Part shown: one piece after another, positions 1 through 13,530 of the stretch
Layout: every line of letters starts with the position of its first letter
How positions within the stretch are numbered: the first letter of the stretch is position 1
DNA from: Paragordius varius
Lineage: Eukaryota > Animalia > Nematomorpha
Assembly (NCBI GenBank): GCA_964247055.1
Contig: OZ176056.1
Location: 5,332,001 to 5,396,000, forward strand
Length of the DNA stretch: 64,000 bases
Reading direction: 5' to 3'
Program-made: the position numbers and the translations under genes
Notes under the pieces: generated by a model
What the model saw: only the letters and a program-made list of their open reading frames with translations
Database searches by the model: none
What the model was told of the DNA's origin: nothing

Positions 1-904
1 CGGGCTTTAATTTCAAAATGAATCGCTTCCTAAAACAGCAACAGGTTCCAATACGACTTGATAAATATGTAATAATGTATTGATTAAATGGAACATTAAT
101 GTGCGGACCGCCAAGTTTTTAAATTTTGAGAATGGCCCATTAAAATTGCTGACCACTGTTGTAGTGTGGTGAAAGTTTATCGAAAATTTGTTAACTAAAG
201 ATAAATTTCAAAATAACATGAATCAAAGGTTAAAAGCATGAGACAAATAATGCACATTTGTATACCAGCTAACAAATTTTAGTCAATTCTCTTAATAATA
301 AAATATGTGAAATTACAATCATTCTGTCAAAATTTAATAAATGTCCTTCGGATTGCATTAAAAAACATTTTTTACAACATTAAGGTTATTCATTCATTGT
401 TGTAAAAGGAATTGGCCAATAATAATGTGAGTTGGCCTGCATAAATTGCATATATAATCGAATTACACATTTTTTTCAAGACAACAACTAAACTTCACAA
501 CTATATTTGGGAGTCAACTAGTTAAATTGTTTCCAGATATTCATACATTATAACCTGACTTACAGTTTGATTTTTGGGTTTAGAACAGATAAAATTGACA
601 CAAATGATATATCCAGCCCTTTTGAATCAGAAAATTTGAAATTATACATACGCAAAATTGACAAATATTTCAATTTTAAAAATATGACTTACACAATGAT
701 GTTACTCCTTATCAAAATTACGAAATCGGAAATAATGTTTTAAAGAAGCAGTATTATTTGATTGCGTTAAAGCTATAGAAATGGTTGGGGGACCTTGTGC
801 GGACGATGGGCCGCGTTTTTAACAGCCCCTTAAAGCACTACCTCTTTAAATCAAAAAATATCTTTTTAAATATTACTTTTGCCATTATGTAATATAAAAT
901 CTAC

Positions 905-964
905 CAATTGGAGCGCCTCGGTATTCAGGCTGTCCACTCGATTGACTCTTTTTTTCTTTTGACA
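905..964 (-). CDS. Micro-exon type C, 60 nt, phase 1-1
   Basis: aattctag| (V)SKEKKSQSSGQPEYRGAPI |gtagat. Confidence 0.7.
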
Positions 965-1977
965 CTAGAATTATGAAAAATAAAGTCTTAAATTTATATT
1001 ATTATATTATAAAAAATATCATTATAAGGTTTCAATTTTTCTGTAGAATATCCCGTGCCTCTAAGTATGCTATTAAGCAATTACGCATGATTAAGATATA
1101 TAGGCCGTTGAATTTTCTTGTATATTTTGTATACTTTTTAATGACAAAAACCGTTGGATTAAAATTGAAGAAAAAAACAATTAAAGATAAACCATAAAAA
1201 CTTGTTAACAAAAAAATCAATTTGTATATATCCTTTTACATTAAAAAGATTATATGTTTTAATTGGTAATAAATATAAATATATTCTCAATAATGAATAG
1301 GAAATGTAAAATTTAATATTCAGTTTCCTTAATTGTTTAAAACTTTTTTAAAAGTAGCATATTAAAAGGTTATTAAATAACATGCTGTGAATTTGGGACT
1401 TTTCGATTAGCAGTATGAAAATTTTTCAAATAATTGGTAGCGATTAAAAAGTATTATTATTTTCATTAATTCCAATATATTTTTTATTTGTTAGAAAAAT
1501 AGTTGAAAATTCTGTTTTAAAAAATAAATTTGATAAAATTTAAGTTATATAGGCATGGGATTATCTGCTAGAATATTAAGTAATTTTATTCAAAAGGAAA
1601 GACGATTATTAATCGAAATTCTAAAAATGTTGTTACAACAATCATTTTAATCATAAGATAATTTTAAAAAAAATATTAAATATAGCCTATTAAAACTTTG
1701 TCCATATACTTCCATACAGTTAATGATTCCTATAAATTTTGACATAAATAGTGCGCCATCCATAATCAAATGGTATTTTGGCGATTAACTCCTAAAAACT
1801 TTAAAGTATTGGTAAACTTAGAATGGTTTTATAATACTAAAAAAATATAGTGCCTCAACATATCTCAAATAAATAGTATCAATGCCACTGCAATTCACAA
1901 TTTAAGTCAAAAATATTTATTTAAATTTGTAGAGATCATTGATTTTAGGCAAAAATATTAATTAAAAAAATTTATAC

Positions 1978-2040
1978 CAGATGTATTATTTGGATTTAAT
2001 TTAGATTCCATTTCAATTCCATTTGTACCTTCTTGGGATT
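1978..2040 (-). CDS. Micro-exon type B, 63 nt, phase 1-1
   Basis: atttatag| (E)SQEGTNGIEMESKLNPNNTS |gtataa; a second in-frame AG gives 54 nt. Confidence 0.65.
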
Positions 2041-3001
2041 CTATAAATTATATAATACATAATGTTTATAAATAAACTTTGTTAAATCAATTATAAATGT
2101 AGTTTTACTGTCTTACCTAGATCTCTCAATCGGAAAACAATGAATTTTTAAATAATGATTTTTATTAATCTATTTTTGAAGAAGAAAACTTAAAAAAAAT
2201 ATTTATAAATTGTTTTAACTTCAAAAATCCATATCTTAAAAAAAAATAAAAATTTACAAAAAAATTATTAAAATTTATTTAAAAAAACCAAAATTAAAAT
2301 TTGTAAATATTATTTATTATGGGGAGAGCTTGTTTATATATGTATTTTTGCAGACAGTTTACCTATTATTTAAACAAAAACTGTGATTAACCGGTCTAGC
2401 TGAGAATGAGGAAAATTTACCATTTTCATTTATAAACAATAATTTTGCCGTATTTAAAAACAAGTGATACCTAAAATTAGAGTTTTAGTTTATATTTTTG
2501 TATGCAATGTTATTCTGAAAACTACTAAAAATACATTTTTGACCATATATTTGGCAGATAAGCATAAAAATTATTTGTCAAAGGGTATTGTGTGTCTTGG
2601 CATCGTATATATGGATCGGATGATGTTAGTATATAGAAATATTAAGTGTCAAACGCCAAAATAACTATATATGCACATGGCTATAAAAAGCTTCCTAACA
2701 AATTATAAGACAAAACGGACAAATTTTTAATCCTACATTAGGAAAAATATTGAGAAATAACCGAAGCATCACTCAAAAAATAAAAATATTAATAGTGTTT
2801 TTATATATTTCGGAACCATATTAGAATTTTCATATGGGATCAATATTTTGTAATTATATAAACATTGAAAAAAGTCGTATATTTTTTATGATTAATTAAT
2901 AAATCATTACATAACTCTTTAGATATCAAACAATTTAAAAACTTGACACTTTTCAATGTACATTTCTTCACTTTTCTAATTAAATTAAATCCTTTTTTTT
3001 A

Positions 3002-4227
3002 TACTAACCTCTTTTCGAGAAAATATTTAAATTATTAAAAAAATATCTTTATAAATTTGATTTATTTAGGTATCGTTATCTTTTATAATTTAAAATGATA
3101 TATTTGGCCTTGAAGAATAGTTATCCAACGATATTAACTGTTTCATATATATCAATATCCAAAGTTCGTAAATAAGGATGCTTTTCACCATTTTTATATT
3201 TTAAAAAATAAAATAGTAAAACATAAGTTTTAAATTGAAATGTGTAGAGTTTGATTAAAATGTCAAATTTAGCTGAAAATTATGCTGAGATTGGTTGAAA
3301 AAAGGTTTGTAATATGTGTTATTATACCGAAATTGGACAGAATAAATTAAATTACTAAATACCAGTAGAGCCTTCTATACCGTCCACTGTAATTTTTACG
3401 TTGGAGACTATAAATATATGAATAGTTGACAATTACATTTGAATTAATATAAATAAGTATCTATTACTTTGTTTTACTAACATAGTAAATACTGATGCAA
3501 AAAAGCGAATGATTAAAATATAAAATATTTGTAGGAAATATACTATACTAGTAATGAATAACTATCGCTTTATTGAGCTAAGTAAGGGTCGGTTGAATAT
3601 AAAATTCTAATTACTACCAAGTAATATTTACCCAAATAAAGTAAATGCAAATACTGATGGGATGATTTGCGGGATTTAATAAAAAAATGGAATAGAATCG
3701 TAAGACACTATTTTAAAATAATTCGAAACAACCACATCGGAAAATGCAAGACATTATTTGAAAAAACCTATTAAAATGAGACATTTATTAAAAAATATTT
3801 CTAGGACCGCTTTTATATATTAAGGATACAGAGAAAGATCCGATGGTTTCGACATCTAAACTGTATATTATCGTATAAATTGATGAATCTAATCTTTTTT
3901 CGCTAAAACCTATTATTTGCAAATTAATTTTTGCTTTTAAAATTTTTGCGGGCAATAATTTTCTTAGAAAAACCAGATTGATAATCATTGGAAAATTATA
4001 TTGCAAGGGAGATAACATGATAAGGTTAATTTATAAAAAAAAATTTTCAAACATCTCTTTAATGCCTATATCATGCGTTGTAAAATTTACGGTGTATTTA
4101 AAGATGCCATAACCCAAAGCGATATGGCTCAATACGATTAAGCGCTTCTGTGTGATGAATTTATCGGGTTAGAACTGCCGCTGAGTTATGCCATTTATAA
4201 ATAAATTGCGGAGATTATTGCGAATGC

Positions 4228-4263
<36 letters not shown>

Positions 4264-5453
4264 CTTAATAATTAGATTTATTTTTCCAATTACCCTTTTG
4301 ACTTTGTGACTAAAAAACTGTCGTTATGTGGGTATGGGTTATGACATCTTTAAATACACGGTAAATTTTACAACGCATTATATAGGCATTAAAGAAATGT
4401 TTGGAATTTTTTTTTCATAAATTAACCTTATCATGTTACCTCCCTTGCAATATAATTTTCCTATGATTAATCTGGTTTTTTAAGAAAATTATTGCCCGCA
4501 AAAATTTTAAAGGCAAAAATTAATTAGAAAATAATAAGTTTTAGCGAAAAAAGATTGGAATCATCATTTATACGATAATATACAGTTTAGATGTCGAAAC
4601 CATCGGATTCTCTGTTTCCTTTATATATAAAAGCGGTTCTAGAAATACTTTTTAAGAAAAAGTTTCATTTTAATAGGTTTTTTCAAATAATGTCTTACAT
4701 TTTCCGATGTGGTTGTTTAGAATTATTTAAAAATGGTGTCTTACGATTTTATTCCATTTTCCAATATTAAATCTCACAAATCATCCCATCAGTATTTGCA
4801 TTTACTTTATTTGGGTAAATATTACTTGGTAGTAATTAGAATTTTATATTCAACCGACACTTACTTAGCTCAATAAAGCGATAGTTATTCATTACTAGTA
4901 TAGTATATTTCCTACAAATATTTTATATTTTAATCATTCGCTTTTTTTTGCATCAGTATTTACTATGTTGGTAACACTAGGTAGTCGATACTTATTTATA
5001 TTAATGCAAATGTAATTATCAACTACTCATATATTTATAGCTCCAACGTCAAAGTTACAGTGGACGTTATAGAAGGCTCTACTGGTATTTAGTAATTTAA
5101 TTTATTCTGTCCAATTTCGGTATAATAACACATATCAACATAAACTTTTCAGCTAATCACATAATTTTCAGCTAAATTTGACATTTTATAATCAAACTCT
5201 ACACATTTTAATTTAAAACTTATGTTTTACTATTTTATTTTTTAAAATATAAAAATGGTGAAAAGCATCATTAATTACGAACTTTGGATATTGATATAAA
5301 TGAAACAGTTAATATCGTTGGATAACTATTCTTTAAGGCCAAATATATCATTTTAAATATTATAAAAGATAACAAAAACTTAAATAAATCAAATTTATAA
5401 AGATTAAATTTTTTTAATTAAATTTTTAATATTTTCTCAGAAAGAGGTTAGTA
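3002..5453. mobile_element. Foldback-like palindrome, ~1.1 kb inverted arms around a 218-bp spacer
   Basis: 3002-4116 (tactaacctc...ataaccca) is the reverse complement of 4335-5453 (tgggttat...gaggttagta) with scattered mismatches. The spacer contains (AT)n. No TSD or transposase is seen. Confidence 0.8.
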
Positions 5454-5877
5454 CGAATTATATTCATAAGAGATTCAATTTTTCTGCAACCTCTGCCTCT
5501 CTAAGTATGCAATTACAATTACGCATGATCGAGAAATTGGCCGTTAATATTTTTGTAAAGTTTGTATACTTTTTTAACAAAATACCGAATTCAATCTGTT
5601 AATATTTAATAAGAAAATAATTAAAAACATATAAAATTTTTAAAACACTAATTTATATTATCCATTTACGATAAAATTATGCGCCATCAATAATCAAAAA
5701 TATATATATTAAGGCGAATAACTCTTTAAAAAAAACTCCAAAGTATTAGTTAATTTAGAATGTTTTTTTAAATTTAATATCTAACAAAATATATCTGCAC
5801 TTTACTTATTCATTTTAGTTAGACTTTTTTTTTAAAAAAAAATTGTTGAGAATCTTGGAAATCAAAAATATAAATAA

Positions 5878-5940
5878 CAGATATATTATTTGGTTTTCCA
5901 CTTTCTTTAGATTCCATATCAGCTCCATCGATTGTTACTT
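5878..5940 (-). pseudogene. Dead B-type micro-exon (acceptor AG>AA, donor GT>TT)
   Basis: 63 nt, still reads (E)VTIDGADMESKESGKPNNIS; duplicate at 30180-30242. Confidence 0.6.
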
Positions 5941-6481
5941 TTGAAGATTTTAAAATACATAATATATATTTAATATATTTAAGTTAAATTATATTGCGAA
6001 ATCGGTCATCAATGTAGTTTTTAAATATTTCATACAATTCACTGTATCTCTCAATTAGAAAATATTGAAAAACTCAAAATGGTTTTCTGCTATTTTTGAA
6101 GGATAATTTCGTTTAAGCTTTTACAGCATCTAACTTAACGGTACCAATTTGTATAAATATCCATTACGATAAAATTAATATAAAATAGCCAAATAAATTT
6201 TTTCAAATAGTACCACAACGCTAATGATTCATACGAATGATATTATTGCGCCATCATTAATCAAATATGTATTCTGGCGAATAACTTTTTAAAGAACTCT
6301 ATATCAACTTAAAATCTGTTGAGTTGAATATATATTAAGTAAATATAGTGCCTCAACATATCTTAAATCATAAATAGTGACCAGTAAGTCACTGTAATTA
6401 CTGATGATTTTAGTTGCAACCCGTTTTTTAAAGAAATTTTGTTAAAAGATTTTGGCAAAAAAATTTAAAAAAACTTTATAC

Positions 6482-6541
6482 CATATATAGTATTTGTTTT
6501 TCCACTTTCATTAGATTCGATCTCAGCTCCATTAGTTACTT
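6482..6541 (-). CDS. Micro-exon type B, 60 nt
   Basis: atctccag| (E)VTNGAEIESNESGKTNTIY |gtataa. Confidence 0.7.
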
Positions 6542-7141
6542 CTGGAGATAATAAAATACATAGTATATAATTAATATTTATAAATTAAATTATATTGCTA
6601 AATCGGTTATAAAGTAGTTTTTGTTATTTTCATATAATTCACTAGATCTCTCAATCGGAAAATATAGATGACTAAAAATGATGATTTTATTAGTCGGCTC
6701 TTTTTGAATTATTTTATATTAATTTGTTAATTTGAAAATAATTAATCTTTAATGAAAATATTCAACTAAAATTTGAAAGTCTTTTCAAATAGTTTTGCTT
6801 CGAAGACTAAATATATTTTGCATATATTTTTCATAACAGATTAGATACACATTTGACCTAACAACTAAAATTTATAATTGGGGGTTTAAAATGATCAATC
6901 CTTATGAAAATTTCCAAGATATCAATATAGAGAGTTTATGTTATTCGTTTAAAAGCTATGACTTTTAAGTTCATGTCATCAAAGTTTACTGTAAAATTAA
7001 TTTATTATATTTGGCCTACTGCCTTTATTTTGGTATTATGTTGCATTTCAGATATTACCATAAATATGATAATATATGTGAAAAAATATTAAGACATTGT
7101 TACTCAAAATTATATTAAACCATATATTTTAAAATTATAAC

Positions 7142-7198
7142 TTTTTGTTTTTGGATTAGTATCATTGTTAGCAGGCGCATTGTCCTTTTCTTCGGAAT
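7142..7198 (-). CDS. Micro-exon type A, 57 nt (ancestral donor deleted, in-phase cryptic GT)
   Basis: atttgaag| (D)SEEKDNAPANNDTNPKTK |gttata; the donor is not homologous to other copies. Confidence 0.45.
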
Positions 7199-7342
7199 CT
7201 TCAAATATTATTTAGAGTAAAGTATTTAATATTTTTGTTATATTAATACTAAAACATCATTAATAAAATGCCAAGTCTAATATTTATAAAATTATATTGC
7301 AAAAGGGGTTGTGCAGTTAAAGAATGACCTTATAGCCTCACA

Positions 7343-7665
7343 CAGTGGTGGAACTATAAATTGTGCCCCCCCGCAATTAAATACTGGCCAACCTTTCCCC
7401 CAAAATCGTATGAAGTTATCTTTTCACCTGGCGCCTAACTTAGATTCCTTAACATATATTTAAACCTATCCTATGTGAAGCTTTCTCGATTTCGCCTGTC
7501 AGCATGCTCACATATTCGTTGATAAAGACACATTGTCAACATATGCGTAGAATACAAACCTATTATAGCAGCGGGGAAACTGCTTAATAAATTAATTGCT
7601 AAAAGTTATTTTTTCGGAATTCGGATAAATAAAATTTAGACATTGTTTAGTCAGATATGGTAAAA
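7343..7665. mobile_element. Truncated hAT-1 copy (left end only)
   Basis: gcctcaca|CAGTGGTGGAACTA start. Similar one-ended or internal fragments lie at 1-465, 14974-16150, 18558-19465, 24047-24777, 31649-31965, 39316-40490, 41584-41757 and 46941-47827. Confidence 0.8.
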
Positions 7666-8397
7666 GTTTTTTGTATTTATTCCAAAAAATAGAATATTTA
7701 ATTTATTGACAATTATATAAATTAAAATGTTATTGTAGTAGTTGGAAAGAGCAAATATCTTGTATACAATATGTCCAATTTTGGGGTCCGGTTGACGTTA
7801 AAATTCTTATTATAGGCATAAAGTTGAGTAATCTTTTATTAACATAAAAAAGCTACTGGGTTCATCATATGATATTTAAATTATTTTGCCCAAAATTTTA
7901 ATTTAGTATAACATTTTTCGGGATTATTAAATTGCAAGCCAGACATGAATCATAAAATTATATAACAAATTTATTATAAAATCAGATATTAAACTACTAT
8001 ATTATATAATAATGTGAAAGTTCATCTAAAGAGGAGAGCTGATTTTCCGTATTAAAATGCATTCAAACACTTAAAATAAAATTTATTTTGCCTCTTATAT
8101 TAATTTATAAGGCGGCAAAAGGCCAATGATAGTTTAACATTACTTTTAAAATTTATGCATTTAGGTCATATAATGCAGGTATATACTTTAGCTCGATATC
8201 TTAGATATAAAAGTATGCATTTTAATGGTTGTTCATTCCACACTATAGTTGCGCAATTTGCTACACAGTGTATGGAAGAAACAACAAACAATCACCTTTA
8301 TTTTTTCATGCACTGTGTTGCAAAATACCCAACTAGAGGGACAACGATTATAATACATGAGAATCGTTGAAATCTTCGATAAATCAAAAAAGGACTT

Positions 8398-8437
<40 letters not shown>

Positions 8438-10571
8438 TAAGTAAAGGATTTTTTACATAGTTATTTAATTAAGAATGGCAAAAACGTTTACAAAAGATTT
8501 TAAATATATAGTTAATATTTAGTAAATATTTTATTTTTTCTATAACTTTTTTAAGATTAGAAAAAAAATAAAAAAAAAGTAAAAAAATATATAATAGTGG
8601 AAATGATGTAAAGATATTAACTAGTGAAAACCAGTATCAATACTGGAAAAATCTAAGGAAACCGGGTTTCCTTTTTTATTCACATCACCCATAGTTATAA
8701 AAAGTCTCTAATGGATGGATTGATTGTACAATCGTTTTATTGTAAAATATATTTCTATAACAATGTACAAAAATCGCCTGAAATTATTGATCTATTCATT
8801 TTTGTAATCATTTATACGCGTTTTTGCCATCTGTTTAACTATATAAAATGCGTGATTCTTTACATATTTATTTAAATAAACTTTGCAAAACTTTATTGTA
8901 TACAATTTTTATTCAAGCATCATGTTATCAATCAAAAGCAATATCTTTTTAATCGTCATTGCTTGAAATAATGCTTTTGCTTAGCTTAACATAAAAGTTA
9001 TAAAAATCATTATAACCTATTAAATTTATCTCTCTAATAATTACTATGAAATTGGTATAACTATTTATTATATTTTAGCAACTAACTATTAAATAAACCT
9101 TAAGTTCTAAACAAGTAATTTAAGAAAGTCTTTTTTAAATTTAATATATACATCATTCTCAGTCAAAAGGAACATTTTTTCCGCAAAGACAACTGATGAA
9201 ATGTAAGTTTGCATGAACAAATGTTGTCTTTGCTTGTAAATGTTGCTTTTGGCTGTAAAAACGTTGCATTTGACTGAAAAAGTGTTTGGCTGAAAAACGG
9301 TATGTTAATGTTCCTCAACAAATATGTCTAATTAAATTTCTAAGACCCATGTAATTATTGATGATTAAAATGGTTATCGAAGTTTTGTAATAAATTGTGG
9401 TAAGCTTGATCTTAGGTTAAAAAAATAAATTAAACAATTATATACCATAAATAGTTGTTGTCTTTGTTTTAGTTACCCTCTCCATATCTAATATTGAAGA
9501 TGATATAAAATCGGTAAATAATTACTGTCAAAGATTAGATATTTGACCAAATTGGTCATGTAATTTAAATAAATGCCACTTCTTTCCATGGAGGCGGAAA
9601 TTAACTATAATTTTTACGACTTTTTAAAAAAATCCACAACATTAGTTATTTTTAAAAAATAAGTATTAAATACAGTTAAATATGAAATTTGATAAATTAA
9701 TATCATGAGATTTGTTTATTAGTGTAGTTTATGGACAAAGGCTAATATTTTTCATAATAATGTAACTCGTTCGTGAAAATGTAAAGAAATAGTATTAAAA
9801 AATGAGAAATGATCCGGATCGTAAAACATTTTTGCTTTAGGTAAAAATAAATCTTCTCAAATACCGAAAGAATCATAATTATTTTGTTCGGAAAGGCCGT
9901 TAAGTAGTGTCTTAGGTAGACAAAATTGATAATTTATAAAATTATTATTATACATACATATAAAACGGTATGATTACATATGTATATCAAGCCAACAAAT
10001 TTGATATAATCTTTTACAACAAGTAAGTAAAGTGTGTCAACATCAGATGTTTAAATAATTCAAATATAATTTGGACTTTTGTTGAAAAAGGTTTCATATA
10101 ATATATAAAATTAAGTGTAATAATCCATCATATTGTAATAAAATCAAATTTAATTTTTTGAATATAATCGGACTTTCATCAAAATTTAATTATTTAAAAA
10201 AATGAAAAATCATTTTTCAAATTTGACCTCATCGGAGTTAAATATGTTTGCAAAATTATTCTGTATTAAAAGATATTTACTACCTAACAAGCAAAATTTT
10301 GAATTGGGGGTTTATAATTATCAATCCATTTAAAGAGAATCTTATGTTATTTGTTTTATAAGCGGTGACTATTAATGATGTCATCTAAGTTTACTGTAAA
10401 ATAATTTTTTGGATTTGGGTACCACTACCCTTATTTTGGTGTTATTTTACATTTAAAACCATAAATATGATAATATAAATAAAAAATTAATTATACAATG
10501 TTAATCTAAATTATATTGAACCAATGATATAAGAAATATAACTTTTAGCTATTATACGAAAAACTATATAC

Positions 10572-10613
10572 CAATTGGACAATCCTTGTCCAGAACATTT
10601 TCCATTTCTTCGT
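10572..10613 (-). CDS. Micro-exon type A, 42 nt
   Basis: atttgaag| (D)EEMENVLDKDCPI |gtatat. Confidence 0.7.
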
Positions 10614-10761
10614 CTTCAAATATTATTTAGAGTAAAGTATTTGATATTTTACATTGTTATATTAATACTAAAACATAATTAATAAAATGCAAGGTCTAAT
10701 ATTTATAAGAATATTTTGCAAAAAGAATTGTGCAGTTAAAATATGGCCTTATAGCCTCACT

Positions 10762-12806
10762 CAGTGGCGGAACTATAAATTGGGGAACCCCGCAAGCTTT
10801 AAATACTCGCCAACCTTTCCCCCAAAAAAATCGTTTGAAGTAATCTTTCAAATTGGCGCCTTACTTAGATTCCTAAAAATATATATAAATCTATCCTACA
10901 TAAAAACTATTCCTAATTCATAAATGGGACAGCTTGTTAAGTGAAGCTATGCGTAGAATACGGGCCTATCTAGGAATAGCACCGGGGAAACTGCTTAAAT
11001 ATAAATTAATTGCTAAAAGTTATTTTTTCGGAATTCGGATAAATAAAATTTTGACATTTGTTTAGTCAGAATAATTTATGGTAATATGGTTTTTTGATAA
11101 TAGGGCTTCGAACCGGTCCTAAAAAAGTGGAATTAAACCGTTCTTTAATTTTAAAATAACTCTTTTCCTAAAACAGCAACAGGTTCCAATACGACTTGAT
11201 AAATATGAAATAATTTATTGATTAAATCGAACATTAATGTGCGGACCGCCAAGTTTTTAAATTTTGAGAATGGCCCATTAAAATTGCTGATCACTGTTTT
11301 AGTGTGTGATGAAACTTTATCGAAAATTTGTTAACTAAAGATAAATTTTAAAATTACATGAATCAAAGGTTAAAAACATTAGAAAAATAATGCACATTTA
11401 TATATCAGCTAACAAATGTTTGCCAATTCTCTTAATAATAAAATATGTGAAATAACAATCATTCTGTTAAAATGAATTTCCTTCCGGATTACAACACAAA
11501 ACATTTTTTACAAAATTAAGGTTATTTCTCAATCGGCCAACATTAATGTAAATTGGCCTGCATAAATTGCATATATAATCAAATTAGATGTTAGAGAATA
11601 TTGTTATAATAAATGTTTTTCTTTCCCTATTTTTTTTGTTCACTATTAAGGCTAAAATTTATTGGATAGTGAAAAAATGCATCTTGTGCTCTTTCTTAAC
11701 ATAAACCCATTTCTTCATAAAAATTTAAATATGTACATTTCACATAACACTTGGATGCAATGCATTCATTTAAGTCTTTCGAAATTGGAATAGTTAGATA
11801 CCCCAAGCTTTTTTAAAAATAAACATATCAAATAATATGGAATGACATGACATAGCAAAAATTTGCACTTATATAAAATAAAAATATATCCAAAAATATA
11901 CTAGGTTGACTTATTTTAGTGAAAAGCCAAAAGTAAAAATTTAGTCAACATGAGATGTATGCATTAAATTTTTTTATAAATAATAATTAAACCACTTTTT
12001 TTATTTCTATCAATATTAAATGTTTTGAATAAAATATTTCTGTTTTAAAATTATATAAACGCAATATTTTGCAAATATGTTGTAAAATAAAAATGGCGTC
12101 AAAATAGTTTGATATGAAACTTTTTTTTTACAAAACTAAATTTTATATAAATGTTTTGGCTTGTTTTAATAATTTTTATTAGTATAGAAGCATAAATATA
12201 ATTTAGACCGTTTCTTTAAGTAACATTTTAAAAATATCAACTTAAATATAGGGGTATTTAGACAACCCAATATCGCATGAAGTGTTTAATAACAAAATAT
12301 ATCTATCTTAATATATTATTGCAAATGAAATTTTATTTGTAATTATTTTAATTTAACAAAGGCAAAAATTTACATCTGTCAAAATTTTGTGAATTCTCAT
12401 AAAATTATAATATTATATTTTTTATAACAAAATAATGGCCTTGGATATATTTTAGCTCCACTTTTAGTCCCAACTATCTATTATTTAGTTTTTAACTATA
12501 TTCACTTTAAGGTGTTAACTTGAGAGAAGTTAAAGGTATTCATTATTTATTAACTTATAATAAAACCGCTTATTAAGATACTGAAAAAATGCATTTTTTT
12601 CGCTTTTTCTTCCTTTTCAATATTTTCTTTATTTGCCAGCTTAAAATCAGGCAATCATTACTTATATATCTGTAAATAATAAAAGGTAAAAAATTCAGGC
12701 CCGCAAAATAGAAAGGGGGCCCAAATTTAATAGTATAATAATAAAAGGGCCCCTGTTTTGCCTTGCCCCACACTGCTCCCCCTAGCTCTCCGTAGTTTCG
12801 CCACTG
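10762..12806. mobile_element. hAT-1: non-autonomous hAT-type DNA transposon, both ends present (2045 bp)
   Basis: TIRs CAGTGGCGGAACTA / TAGTTTCGCCACTG match at 13/14. 8-bp TSD GCCTCACT / GCCTCACA. The empty site cttatagcctcataatcattaaacg is present in other units (e.g. ~16375). No recognisable transposase. Confidence 0.9.
11748..12284. mobile_element. ~540-bp MITE nested in hAT-1
   Basis: Termini CACTT...AAGTG with subterminal inverted gggg/cccc blocks; same family as 15567-16129 and 44577-45143. Confidence 0.7.
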
Positions 12807-13482
12807 GCCTCACAATCATTAAACGCTACTTGTTTTTTAAATCTATAAAAGCGTTTGTATTGATTGAGAAAATATTTGTCTTGTTTACGGAGAATGTTAT
12901 TGGGAAATTTGATCAATTGTTTGGGAAAACGTTTCGTTTGATTGGGAAAACATTTCCATTGAATATGATTATTAAGTATACAAGAATAATAGTATGATTA
13001 CACATTTGTTACAAGACAACAACTAAACTTCACAACTATATTGGAACCAATTAAAACTTTGTTTCCAGAACCTGACTTACAGTTTGATTTTTGGGTTTAG
13101 ACAGATAAAATTAACACAAATGATATATTCTAGCCCTTTTGAATCATAAAATTTGAAATTATACATATGCAAAATTGACAAATATTTCATTTTTAAAAAT
13201 ATGACTGTAAAAACTACTATATGGACTACACAATGATCTTAGTCCTTATCAAAATTACGCAATTTAAAATATTGTTTTAAAGAAGCAATAATATTTGATT
13301 GCGTTAAAGCTATAGATGGTTAGGGGACCTTATGCGGACGATGGGCGCGTTTTTAACAGCCCCTTAAAGCACTACCTCTTTAAATCAAAAAATATCTTTT
13401 AAAATAATTTTTACATTAAAATACATTATTAAACCATAGATAAAACATTGAGACTTTTGCCATTATGTAATATAAAATCTAC

Positions 13483-13530
13483 CAATTGGAGCGCCCTGTC
13501 TTCTCGATTGACTCTTTTTTTCGTTTGAAA
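13483..13530 (-). CDS. Micro-exon type C, 48 nt
   Basis: aattctag| (V)SNEKKSQSRRQGAPI |gtagat; 12-nt in-frame deletion relative to 905-964. Confidence 0.7.
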
